Program-made: the position numbers and the translations under genes
The notes under the pieces: generated by a model
Databases searched by the model: none
What the model was told of the DNA's origin: nothing
What the model saw: only the letters and a program-made list of their open reading frames with translations
Assembly (NCBI RefSeq): GCF_037042905.1
Contig: NC_087249.1
Location: 9,736,001-9,800,000 of the forward strand
Direction: 5' to 3'
Length of the DNA: 64,000 nt
DNA from: Lytechinus pictus
Taxonomy: Eukaryota
Shown: piece after piece, positions 12,983 through 24,431 of the stretch
Position numbering within the stretch: the stretch's first letter is position 1
How the letters are laid out: every line of letters begins with the position of its first letter

Positions 12983-13602
12983 TATAATGGCATGGGTACA
13001 TCTTGTCATAGACACAACATTTGGTTAATCCTGCAAAAAATGTATCCAATTCATTCCAACAAACCCGTCATGTACTAGATCCACAATTCCACAATCAAAA
13101 ATGCAATTTGGATCAATCTTTAATCACCTATTTTGATCAGAAACAGCTGCTACGGTGCTTCTACCCTGCTGAAACCACCTTCCGAAGATGTCAAAGAGTT
13201 TCGTGCTCAAAAGGGACACTGTTCTTACATTCATGATATTCATGAGCTTTTTGAAGAAAACTGTACCTTATCGTACAAGCAGTATGGTTCATTTTGAAAG
13301 CATCCAGATCCGCTTATCTCGGGGGCATCAATCTCTACACCTCGCTACGTTCCCTGATTTCATTTTATATTGTTGACTTGCCACTCTGATATAGTAAGGT
13401 GAAGGTCAGCCTGAGTTAACACCATCATCAAGCCACGGTTTGCTTCGGTACGCTTCAGACCAGGTCAGAAGGTGGTTCACCTCTACACGCTTCTAGCAAG
13501 GTACAATACGTTTCTACAGAACACTCGAACGCGCCTACTTAATTCAACCACCGCTCTTAAACCTGCAATTCTAGAGTTTCAATTGTAGCCCAAGGTCTCT
13601 CT

Positions 13603-13703
13603 TCAATAATCCTCGATGCTTACACACTTTTCAACAAGTTTCCGGAGGTTGGGATTCTCCATGGCTGCTGCTATTCTCTCCTTGTCGTTGATTTGTTTGT
13701 TAA
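13603..13703 (-). CDS. CIAO2A: Cytosolic iron-sulfur assembly component 2A (FAM96A), last coding exon
   Basis: ctaacAG| then (I)[32 protein letters not shown]. The [15 protein letters not shown] motif is CIAO2A-type. Confidence 0.96.
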
Positions 13704-13704
13704 C

Positions 13705-14090
13705 TGTTAGAAATAAAAGAGAAAAGGAAATACCAAAGGGCATGAGTCTATTAACAGACTTCAATGATAATAAATACACCTTGAAGTTTACTGAATAACA
13801 TTAATGCATTGCAAAGTTGAATAAAAGATATGTAATAACAATGTTAAAAATGTGAGAGAAAAGGAAGTACCAAAGGGCATGACTCTATTGACATACACCT
13901 TGAAGTTCAAAGAGTTTACTGAATTACATTAATGGAATGCAAAGTTGAATAAAAGTAATGTAATAATAATGTTAAAAATGTGAGAGAAAGGAAGTACCAA
14001 AGGGCATGACTCTATTGAAAGACGTAAATTATAATAAGTACACCTTGGAGTTCAAAGAGATTACTGATTAACATTAATACAGAGCAAAGT
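13705..14090. repeat. ~130-bp tandem repeat x3 at the end of a CIAO2A intron
   Basis: GAGAAAAGGAA.TACCAAAGGGCATGA.TCTATT at ~13718, ~13855 and ~13983. Confidence 0.85.
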
Positions 14091-14610
14091 TCTCTGCACT
14101 TTCAAAGAACTTTGGTTATATTTAAAGGTAAAAGAAAGTTGTTGCAGCAAACAATTATTTCATAAGAAAGTCTTTTAAATCAAAGTTAATTGTCACCATA
14201 TTATCATATATCAAGATCTGGTACATGTATATAAACTTATCTTTCTGAAATCATGAAATCTTAGCTCAAAACCAATAAATCTGATTACTAACACAGATAA
14301 GCATATGTGGGACAATGTATTAATATTGCTTGGAAAAATACCAGACATTTGAAGGGATTCCGTGCTTATTTTGCTCATTTCTCAGCAATTACGCATTCTT
14401 TTCCTTAGCCATTTGGCACATATTGTTTATTTATTCACACAAACACTTGGGTGGTAATTTTATCGGATTCTATTCAAACTCATTTTGAGATCATTACCAC
14501 AATGGGTATTTATCTTTAAATCCCCTGGCTTTAGCGCCAGGAAAGCATTAATACAGCGAATATGCATTTTCAAGGAATTAATTCCTGCTAAGTATCTGTT
14601 TACCTCACCA

Positions 14611-14751
14611 GGGTCCCGTTGTATAACTTTGCCATCCAATGGTAACTACCATGGCAGCAATACTCAACAGCCAATTAGCATCAAGGATTCCATGAAAGAT
14701 ACCACTGGATGGCAAAGTTACCATAAAGAGTAACTTTCATGCAACGGGACC
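14611..14751. mobile_element. Small Harbinger-like MITE nested in a minus-strand SINE remnant (relative at ~45045-45200)
   Basis: GGGTCCCGTTG ... CAACGGGACCC TIRs. The flanks match the reverse complement of the SINE core at 54443. Confidence 0.7.
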
Positions 14752-15224
14752 CTGGGTCGAACGAGACAAATGTAGATTCTTGCCAAAAGATAATGACAAA
14801 AGCACTTGATTAAAGAGATTAGTGTAATCAGATAAAATCATTTTGATTTCAATGTCTGGTCGAAGAAAGTATAAATCTATGCATACCAAGGACCATTAAA
14901 AAAAAATATATATATATTATTATTTTATTTTCGGGGGTTACTTTTGACAACTTACTGCCTAAATCTGCAACATTGGATAAGCTTTAACACTGCAATGAAT
15001 GAGAATTTTCAAAGGCTCCTTTTTTATGTTTCCATGGCTCTTTTGAGCATAATATTGCAACTCTTCTATTCAGCTTGAAGCTGACTGGACAAATCTCTAA
15101 AATATGACTAATCCAGATTCATAAATCCTTTTAAATTTTGGGAGAAGTGAAATCTCTTACATCATAGAAATGATTGATAAAATACAAGTTTATTCCAAAC
15201 TTTTTTCACAGATACCATACTTAC

Positions 15225-15270
15225 TTTCTTCCTCAGTTGCATGTGTTCCCTTTTTGACAATGATGTCAAT
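15225..15270 (-). CDS. CIAO2A: CIAO2A coding exon 4
   Basis: atacAG|...|GTAAGT; IDIIVKKGTHATEEE (GTH motif); phases fit the neighbouring exons. Confidence 0.93.
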
Positions 15271-15571
15271 CTGTATCATAAAAACGATGGATGAAAATAT
15301 GTTTTAAACACCTATGAAACACACTGTAGAGTCATCCTTAAATATTAAGAGCTCAATTAAGAGCCCCATTGAGAAATGTAATGCATGCATTTTATTAATA
15401 TATATATTCCTGAAAACAGTGTATTAGTAAGAGAATTATTCCATTTTATCTTCTGTTCAAACAATGACAGATGTCAAAAAGCTCACTGATATTTTCCCTT
15501 TTTAACATTGTCTGTTAGTCTTTCTGTCTCTCCCTCTCTCTTTCTACTCTCTCTCTTTCACTCTCTCTATA

Positions 15572-16361
15572 CAGTGCGTCCCACAAAAAACGAAACCGAT
15601 ATTTATCTTAACTAATCATAAATACAATAGACAAATGACCTACCAATGTAAAGCTTAGAATCTCCTCTTTCATCTGAAATTACTTAGATTATTCCTCATT
15701 CACGCATGAGTGAGCAAAAACAATTTGGAGAAAGGATACCAAAATCTCATTTGGCAGGGGGTATCTGAATTTCAAAAAGAAAGTCACATGCCTAAAAAGT
15801 TCAATATCTGCACTTTTTTTATACCTTAATAACAGAAAATGGCCAATAAGTAAAAAAGTTCTGTTCCTTCGAAACAATGCTTGTATTTCCATAATTTCAT
15901 TAAAGAAACATGTTTTCACCGGTTTCCCACGCAAGCTATCGCACGGTTAACAAAAGACTTAATGCATGGCTGATCGTCAACAAAACGGCGTGTCGAGAGA
16001 GTCTGGACGCTAGCCTGTAAAACCTCTTCATTTTACAAAATCATTGAAATTAAAGCTTTATTTCAAATAACCAGAACTTTATTTCTTGACCATTTTCTGT
16101 AATTGAGGTATCAAATTAAAGAGCAGATATTGAACTTTTTAAAAATATGGTTTTCTTTTTGAAACCCAGATACAGCCCGCCAAGTGACTTTTTGGTATCC
16201 TCTTCAAATTGTTTTTGCTCGGTCATGCGTGAATGAAATATAATCTAAGTAATATCAGATGAAAGAGGAGATTCTAAGCTTTACAATGGTAGGTTGTTTG
16301 TCTATTGTCTTTGTGATTCAGTTATGATAAATCTTGGTTACGTTTTTTGTGGGACGCACTG
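15572..16361. mobile_element. Tc1/mariner-type MITE with ~170-bp TIRs
   Basis: TA|CAGTGCGTCCCACAAAAAACG ... CGTTTTTTGTGGGACGCACTG|TA; the inversion extends through AAGCTTAGAATCTCCTCTTTCATCTGA. Confidence 0.9.
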
Positions 16362-16408
16362 TATACATCTCTATATACATGTATATATATTTGTGGGGGT
16401 TGTTTTAC

Positions 16409-16458
16409 CTTGTGTTTACTTGGAAGACTTCTGTCCAACCTGACTCTGAGACAAAGAC
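16409..16458 (-). CDS. CIAO2A: CIAO2A coding exon 3
   Basis: tactAG|...|GTAAAA; (G)LCLRVRLDRSLPSKHK. Confidence 0.94.
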
Positions 16459-17444
16459 CTAGTATACAAAGATTCAATTAGAAAATATAAAGACAAAGTT
16501 ATTAGCTTTAAAAACATTGCCATGTACAGCTTCTAATGTCCCTTCCTTTGGTGTGTGTTAGTTCACTGCTGAGTTAGTCCAATTTAAACAGTCCTTTCAT
16601 ACGCCTTGTTCATTTGCACATTTACTACCTATAACTCACCATTCTTATTTTCTATTTCCCTGCCTTGTTTTCTCTACCCCCCCCCCCCCTCAACTCTCTT
16701 TCATTTTTTCTCTTTATTTCTTTCTCTCTCATTTACAATGGTTTCTGAACCTTGAATGAACTTGAAAGGCTTCTCAATGAGAAAATAATCACTGGTAAGC
16801 AACCATATCTTAGTCAAGTCTTATTTAAAAAAAAATATGTATCTAAATATAACATGACACATCTTGGATTCAACCTAACTCTCAAATCACATCCCATCAA
16901 TGTGGCATGCAAAATAAACAAAATAAATCAACGATTTAACATTATCTTCAATGCAATATAATCATGTATTAAAATCAGATATTTCTCTTTGGAAATGGGG
17001 AAAGGTGATAAGCAAAGTACCGGTAACTATTTTTGTTTGATATTTCTTTTCTCATTAAGAATTTGTTATGTGGGCCAAAATAAAATTGAGAATGACAAGT
17101 GTGCTTGAAATTAAATTTATGAAAGGCAGATTGGCTTTCAAATTTAACCTAAAGGTTGAGAAGCACTGATCTGGATTACTCTAGTATTGCTTTAACATAT
17201 CCTGTCCATTAAAAGACCAAGATCCAGCCAAATCGCTTTCTTTGTGACCACTGAGTGGTCTTAATAGACAGGTTTCCCTGCAATTACCGATCAGGGTTTC
17301 CAAGGAGCAGATGAAACTGTTCAATCAGCAGTGAAATAAGTGAGCATGTACTACAGAGCCTGTCCATAAAGACCAAGTTCCAACCAAAACCACTTTTCTT
17401 GTGACCATTGAGTGGTCTTTATAGACAGGATTCACTGCATTTAC

Positions 17445-17615
17445 CAATCAATGTCGCCAAGGAGCAGTGTGGAACGGTTGGAGTGAATTCAAGATTGATC
17501 ACATGACCCTGTTCCTCTGTCTCAAGTGCTGCTACAGTGACTCCGTCCTCGTAGACCACCTCCAACTCTTCAAGGGTGTTTGGTTTCTCGGGGTCTTGGA
17601 TGTCTCGGATGATGT
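17445..17615 (-). CDS. CIAO2A: CIAO2A coding exon 2
   Basis: ttgcAG|...|GTAAAT; (D)[20 protein letters not shown]...[16 protein letters not shown](G), containing the MIP18/DUF59 DPE and PTxPHCS motifs. Confidence 0.97.
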
Positions 17616-17917
17616 CTGCAAGATGAAGAAGGATCAGCAAAAATTTTAAAAGATTGACGATTACCTGTCATTGTAATTGATCTCTATATCACTGTATACT
17701 GGTAGTACTACAGCACAATTCTGAATCTTAAAGCTTGTTCGAGTCATTTCCTTGCAAATTTAATATTATTATGACACCCATCTCTGCAAGATTAAAGTTA
17801 TCGGTACTTTGTCAAAGGTTGCAAAACAGGCACTCCATGAAGAATGTTCTGGTTGTCTTATCAATGCCACGAAAATACTAACCCAAGTGTTTAACTTGGT
17901 ACTTCTTCATAATTATG

Positions 17918-18115
17918 AGGTGTTGTCGCTCAGGGGAGTCTCGGGACTTTGCACTATGAGGTCTGGGGTTCAAATCCCACTGCAACACTTGCAAACTTTG
18001 GCAAGGCGTTTATCAACATTTAACACTCTCCATCCAGTAAAAAGAAATTCCTTGAATGTTTGAGCGCCTGATCAGGTTAGCTGTGCTAAAGCTGGAGTAA
18101 CAGTATGCAGCGCAC
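17918..18115 (+). mobile_element. Degenerate tRNA-derived SINE
   Basis: B-box-like GGGTTCAAATCCC, then TTTGGCAAGGCGTTTATC...CACTCTCCATCCAG and TCCTTGAATG...GAGCGCC, as in the copy at 54443. Confidence 0.65.
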
Positions 18116-18638
18116 CCTGACAAAGAGTTTAATGAAAAAATACTAGAAAAAAATAAAAAACAGAAGTGCAGTTTTGAAGAAAATCCACAAAGATTAGAAA
18201 CTTATTAGAATTTTTAAGTTTTTGATTAGTGACATCATACCAACAGCTGCCCCATATGTTGTGTTATGAAAAATGCATAAATTTCAATTTTTTTATTTTT
18301 CATGATGACTAATTTTTTTTTTGCTTCCAGGAGTGGGTGTGGAATGATTTGTCTGTTGATATACTGAAGGCACAGTAACCATTTTAATTTTTTAGAAAAC
18401 ATTTCATTGATTTTATTACTTCACGATTTATTAGGAAGCTGCTTGCACATGACGTCACAAATTAAAAAAAAAATCAAGCTACCAATAATTTTTTTACTCT
18501 TTGGATTTTCCTCAAACCTTCACACATAGTTTTTCCTGCTATGTTTACAATAAACTTTCCATCAGAGTGAACTTCCCCTGTATGGACTATATAAATGTTA
18601 TGATTATTAATTTTCAATTTTAGATAAATGACCCTCAC

Positions 18639-18801
18639 CATAGATATCAAGGGCCATGCCATCAAGCTCTTCTTGCGTGGTCCAGCTGGGACATGGTGGA
18701 GGTTTAGACGGTTCCATCTTCTTCTCTTCCATCGTCTCACCAGGACCACCCTGGAGAAACACCTTAAGCAGGTACACACCACTCAGAAATGTCATCAGCA
18801 T
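18639..18801 (-). CDS. CIAO2A: CIAO2A coding exon 1 (5' UTR part extends to the acceptor at 18934)
   Basis: MLMTFLSGVYLLKVFLQGG...EELDGMALDIY G|GTGAGG, phase 1 matching exon 2. ALDIY(D) corresponds to vertebrate ALEVYD. The spliced CDS is 531 nt. The start codon is uncertain. Confidence 0.8.
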
Positions 18802-19421
18802 TGGTCTCGGCTGTCAGGCTCAATCTTATTTTCAGTCTTAGGGGAAATCTTGATGAATATTGACGGGGAGCATTGATGATGCGGTTGGAATTCGAGGCAA
18901 AGATGTTTCATTCAAGGGTCTGTCTGTCTGTCTACTGCAAAACAGAATGAATAAATAACACTTGGTTGAATGAGGAAAGAAATGATTCAGACAGATTACA
19001 TGATAAGGTTAAACAAGATGTTAAAGAACCAAATTTTATAATAAATCAAGAGAGATCATTATCAGTAATTATCAAAATTTAATTCCAGATATAGCCTCAG
19101 AATTGCCCATATTTTATTTTGTGTCTTATTACGTTATGTAGATCTACAATCCTTTTTTAAAAACTATTTATCAGTGCATAACCCATTTAGTTACAGCAAA
19201 CAGCAAGAATCCTGTCTGTGACTGTGTACGAGTTAAATAAAACTTTGGAAATTAACGCGACAAACAGAAAATTAGGTCTAACGTTAGGCTTAAGTTAACC
19301 TAGACCAAAAGCTTCGCTCTCTGTTATGTTGGTTGTTCCGCTGAACTCTGTTGGCTCCACTCACCAAATTACAGAGACTGAAGTTCTAGCTCGATCTGTA
19401 CAGGGAATCAATGGCCATATG

Positions 19422-20506
19422 CAGTCAGTCCGCAAGCCCCTGTGTTAATGAGCAAATGAGCAAGATTTATCCAAGTCCTCTCGTGGCTGAATTCATGTCC
19501 CTGCAAAATCTTGTGAATTGTGAGACTTTCTTTCTCAAAGAATTTAACCACTTTCTCCTGGAGTAATATTGATTATTTTTGTACCATGGGCAAGAGTAAA
19601 TGTTACTCTTTTATATTAGTCATTTCTTTTGAACGAAATATTTTGATAAATAAGTGAATTTTTTACCTGAAAAGATGCATCAAACAAAATTTTCTTCCTC
19701 TGTTTTCACTTGCAAATTGTGCAACATTTTGTGTTTTAGGCACCAACATTATTCATATCATCAGAAAGCTCAAACTCTATACTTTCTTACAATGTCACTC
19801 TTGATATGGGGCATCTTTTAGATGGGTCAGCAGCCAGCTTTTTCCATCAAGATGCAAGACGAGATTTCTGAAATTTCTGAGTAACATAAAATCCAGAGTT
19901 CTGATTGGCTGAATACTGTTTTCAAAACAAACAGGCGCGGGTAATTTGAAGAGATTACCACATGGTGAGTGTGACCTTGCAGAGGCCCAGTGTGGGGAAC
20001 ATTGGAATTTGCGTGGGTGTGTGGTCTCTATGACCAATCAAGAGCGCAGTATTCTTGTTTTTGAGCTGCAAAATGTACTTGGCCTATGAAAAGCTGGCTG
20101 CTGACCCATCTAAAATACATCTTCTTATAAAAATTATATCATATTAAAGCTTAGACCTTCAGCTTTATCATGATCTAAAAATAATTTGTGCCCAAACAGA
20201 AATTAAGTGTGAAAACAACAACTTTTGTTGCATGAAAAAAAATATTTTGTTTCATGTTTTAGATCAAAAGTTTTTCCTATATTACAACATTCTTTTAAAA
20301 ATCCAAACACATGACCTGAAAGAATGATTCTTCTTCTTTACAAACATACCAAAAACATGAAATTTGGTCAATATTTAGAGCAGCAATGGCCGAATAAAAA
20401 GAGGTGTTTTGGTTCGCACCAAGCTCATTAACTATGCAAAAACCCTCTAGTCATGAATATCACTTGGATAAAAGAAGCTACTTTTTCAGGGCTTGCGGAC
20501 TGACTG
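19422..20506. mobile_element. Non-autonomous TIR element (Tc1/mariner-like ends)
   Basis: CAGTCAGTCCGCAAGCCC ... GGGCTTGCGGACTGACTG|TA; internal inverted block TAGATGGGTCAGCAGCCAGCTTT / AAAGCTGGCTGCTGACCCATCTA. Confidence 0.85.
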
Positions 20507-21608
20507 TATGTTTATGTATTAAGTTCGGATAAAACAGGGAAGAGATTTTGCGCGACAGCCGAAGGAAGTCACTATTTTTTCCCCTTTTAGTTTTAAGTTT
20601 ATTTTTCCCCGTTTTGGTGCATTTCAGGCCCCCCCAAAAATCTTTATTTTGGTACAGTTCTTTTTATATATTTTTATGAAATAAAGACAAAAATCGATGA
20701 GCCCCGTCGGTAGGATTTTGCATTGTTAACCCCCTAATGGTGGATGCACGATAGTGAGCTGTCTGTGAACGAGGAGAAATATATCTTTTTTTAAATGTTA
20801 AAAAAACTCCTCGAAACAGACGGCTGCCAGCTGTCTATAGTAAAAAGTTTATAGAGTCTACTGTCACTTCTACTCTGAGTACCAATGTGGTCAAACATAA
20901 CAGTATTAACCTTATATGCTAAAATAGATACACCAAATTCAGCCCAAAAATGTGGTCCCGATGCCTCCAGCCATTAAAGTATTAAAACTAGACTGAACTT
21001 CGCAAATAGCGTTCGTCGCGTGAGGGCGTATGTCACCGCAAAGGATCACGGGAATGAAAAGGGAGCAAACGCGAAATTGGCTTTCGGGAAGCCATACAAC
21101 GCCATATGTTTTGTGTAGTGTCACTCAAAATCCAGGCTTTTTTAAAAGTTTGATTTCTTAGTATTGAAATTATTTTGGATACTTGAATGTGGATTTATAG
21201 AACAATCTTTGTAACATGATTGCACAGCGAAAGTATGAACTCAATGCTCACCGAATTTTCCAAGTTTTCTGGGGCTAAATTTGGGAAGATTTTGTGGGAA
21301 AAGTGAGCATGGTGATTGCTGGTCAATGCTATCGACTTTAGAAAAGAGCACGTCGGCGATCCGGAGAGAGCCTGAGGCTATTTTTTTCAATTAAAGAATA
21401 TTGATGAGAATCATAATGTAGATCATAATAATTATATCTTATCTCCATAACTAGTAGATTTAGCAAGTTTTTGTTATTTTGGAGGAAATATAGTCCTTAA
21501 AAATCAGGCTTTTGAGTTTGATCATTACAAGATCTAGTACTAGAGGGGGGGGGGTGAGACTTGAGGATCGAATGGCCGCGAGACCAAATATCAAGTATAT
21601 TAAAAATA

Positions 21609-23073
21609 AGCTAGTGAGTATAAATGTATATATATAATATACATATTAAGAAATACATATAAATAGGCCTATGACATGCAGCATAAAGATTAAATAAATC
21701 CCTGTATTTAAAACATTTTTGGATGCCGTATAGGCCCTAGTATTCTTCATGGTCTCCCTCTAACCTCTCTGTAATTTTATTTTGTCTGTCTGAAATTAAG
21801 CAGCTGATGGATATTTAATTTATATAAATGATGTATATTCCATTGTTTTAATAAAACAAATATTATTTCAAAATTTCCATCTTCATTTAATTTCATCGCA
21901 TTCAGTCACTAATTACTTCTCTCACATCAGATCACCTTTTTCATTTCATTTTTTTTCTACTTATTTTTCTCTCAACTTTCATCTATTCTCACATTTTTTA
22001 AATATTTAATTCATTATTTTGTATTTGCAGTATTATCAAATCTTGGGACCAGGCCACTAATAAAAAAAACGGCCATGATCCTGAATTACATGCAATAATT
22101 GTGTATCTGTGGAGAGAAAAAGAAAACACAGCTTGGTTAATATCTGAATAAAATCATGATTGAGATAATTATTCATGAAACATGTATTCTTGACAATCGA
22201 TTGATATATTACTAAAATATATAACTAGAATAAAGTAATCAAATCTAGTATTGCAGAGATTGTTTTATTGATCATCATTTTATTATTTTCCTTGGAATTC
22301 CGGGACTTTCCTCCACTGCCTCGCCGACGTACACTGTCTAGTGAGCTAGTGAGTATAAATGTATATATATAATATACATATTAAGAAATACATATAAATA
22401 GACCTATGACATGCAGCATAAAGATTAAATAAATCCCTGTATTTAAAACATTTTTGGATGCCGTATAGGCCCTAGTATTCTTCATGGTCTCCCTCTAACC
22501 TCTCTGTAATTTTATTTTGTCTGTCTGAAATTAAGCAGCTGATGGATATTTAATTTATATAAATGATGTATATTCCATTGTTTTAATAAAACAAATATTA
22601 TTTCAAAATTTCCATCTTCATTTAATTTCATCGCATTCAGTCACTAATTACTTCTCTCACATCAGATCACCTTTTTCATTTCATTTTTTTTCTACTTATT
22701 TTTCTCTCAACTTTCATCTATTCTCACATTTTTTAAATATTTAATTCATTATTTTGTATTTGCAGTATTATCAAATCTTGGGACCAGGCCACTAATAAAA
22801 AAAACGGCCATGATCCTGAATTACATGCAATAATTGTGTATCTGTGGAGAGAAAAAGAAAACACAGCTTGGTTAATATCTGAATAAAATCATGATTGAGA
22901 TAATTATTCATGAAACATGTATTCTTGACAATCGATTGATATATTACTAAAATATATAACTAGAATAAAGTAATCAAATCTAGTATTGCAGAGATTGTTT
23001 TATTGATCATCATTTTATTATTTTCCTTGGAATTCCGGGACTTTCCTCCACTGCCTCGCCGACGTACACTGTC
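21609..23073. repeat. Near-perfect 730-bp tandem duplication (21609-22338 / 22344-23073)
   Basis: Copies are offset by 735 nt. One substitution seen by eye (TAGGCCTAT vs TAGACCTAT) and a 5-nt junction insert TAGTG. Confidence 0.95.
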
Positions 23074-24059
23074 CCTGAGCTGGGCCGAGAGTGCCCGCAT
23101 TGGCAGCCGCAGTCCGTGCATACATTACAAGCGCACTTTGCACAGCTCAGAATACGCACAGACACTGAGACAGTGCGCGAAAATTAAATAAAATTGCACT
23201 TGTCTTCATAAGATCTGTGGTAATTCTTGCAGCTATAGACAGCACATCCATCTCTGTCACCCATAATTAAGAAGAAAAGTGATGTTAGACTCTGGAACAA
23301 ATATGACGAGGCGTTTACTGGAAGTTAGCAAAATGTCGAGGTTTATACTAATGCCAACCTCGCAATACGTGTGAGTGGCAAAATGTTGTTGTTGCCTGCA
23401 GGCGTCGATCGTATTTTCAATTTTGATACATTAAATGGAAATCGTACACTTTATTGTCGGCTGCTTGCGTTCGCATGGTAGCATCCGGACAATGGCGGCG
23501 CTATTGCTCCCTTTTCGATCCCATGATCCTTTGCGTGAATCTATTTGCGATAAGGTCTATCGAAGCACTGCCACTGTTAGTGTTACTTAGTGTGACTCAA
23601 CATCTAGTATACTGGTATAAAAAAGCCCCAACGTCTTTTTCAATGAATGGGACTAAGATTTAAGAAAAGTATTCGTAGCGGCTATCGATCATTCCCCAAT
23701 CAAAGTCCAGATATATTAACGTGAGAGTCTTCATAATTACTATAAATTCTAAAATCCCTTACACTTTTCAATTTCTATCCATGACTTTCTCAGTGACAGA
23801 CTTGAAGAGAGAGGGCGCCATCGCCACCGTCGGACGTAACTTCTGGGAGCTCCGGCCTAAAGTTGTAAATATTCACTTAAATCTTGTCAATCCTGTTATC
23901 TTAGTATATTCTGTTGACATACATTCAAATTTAATGATTAATTCTATGCTCTGTTGTATATATTTTTAGTCATGTCTTGCTAAAAAGTAGGAAATAAGGG
24001 CCTCCCCTCGACCACTAAAACATCAATAGCAAACCCATGTAGTGTATTGCGTATCGTAT

Positions 24060-24397
24060 TGTAGCGCCTGAAGGTTCTAACGTAGAGGGCGCAGAAAGGA
24101 GAAAAATACGAAGAGGAAACGAACGGAAGACAGATAGAAGATCGGGAGAGATACAAGAATTGTAATCCAGATTAATCGGTAAATTGCCCTATATAATCAG
24201 TTATTATTGTTCATGATTGGATTGTTGAATACTTACTAAATAAATGTTGTTAATGTGAATGAACGGCATCACAGAAGGATTCTTATTTTAGCGTGAATCA
24301 ATGGTGTGTGATTGACGTATACGTGAGTTCAGTGAGAGCTACATTGAAGCACACGGAGAAGAAGATTTGGCGAGATTTGAGTGTGGGGAGCGTTACA
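24060..24397 (+). repeat. 5' LTR (338 bp)
   Basis: TGTAGCGC...GCGTTACA; TATATAA at 24190 and AATAAA at 24239; identical by eye to 31382-31719. Confidence 0.98.
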
Positions 24398-24398
24398 T

Positions 24399-24416
24399 TG
24401 GTGGCAGTCGCGGGAT
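24399..24416 (+). promoter_or_regulatory. Primer-binding site, tRNA-Leu type
   Basis: TGGTGGCAGTCGCGGGAT 1 nt after the LTR, resembling the complement of the tRNA-Leu 3' end (TGGTGGCAGCGGTGGGAT). Confidence 0.8.
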
Positions 24417-24431
24417 AATTCTAGACGAATT

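Noticed and set aside
12226..13267. Intron in the CIAO2A 3' UTR (AAG|GTACAG ... ttttcAG)
   Set aside because: Splice-like motifs only; chance occurrence is likely.
19355..19372. Minus-strand TTG|GTGAGT as the donor of a non-coding CIAO2A exon 1
   Set aside because: It lies within a small hairpin repeat also present at ~59143, so it cannot be supported without RNA data.
20830..23243. Large TIR element bounded by GCTGTCTATAG / CTATAGACAGC
   Set aside because: Only an 11-bp inverted match with no clear TSD.
24381..24431. ORF-track start MWGAL for gag (and the same start at 31703 for the LINE)
   Set aside because: It is a GTG inside the LTR; the eukaryotic starts are the ATGs at 24432 and 31745.
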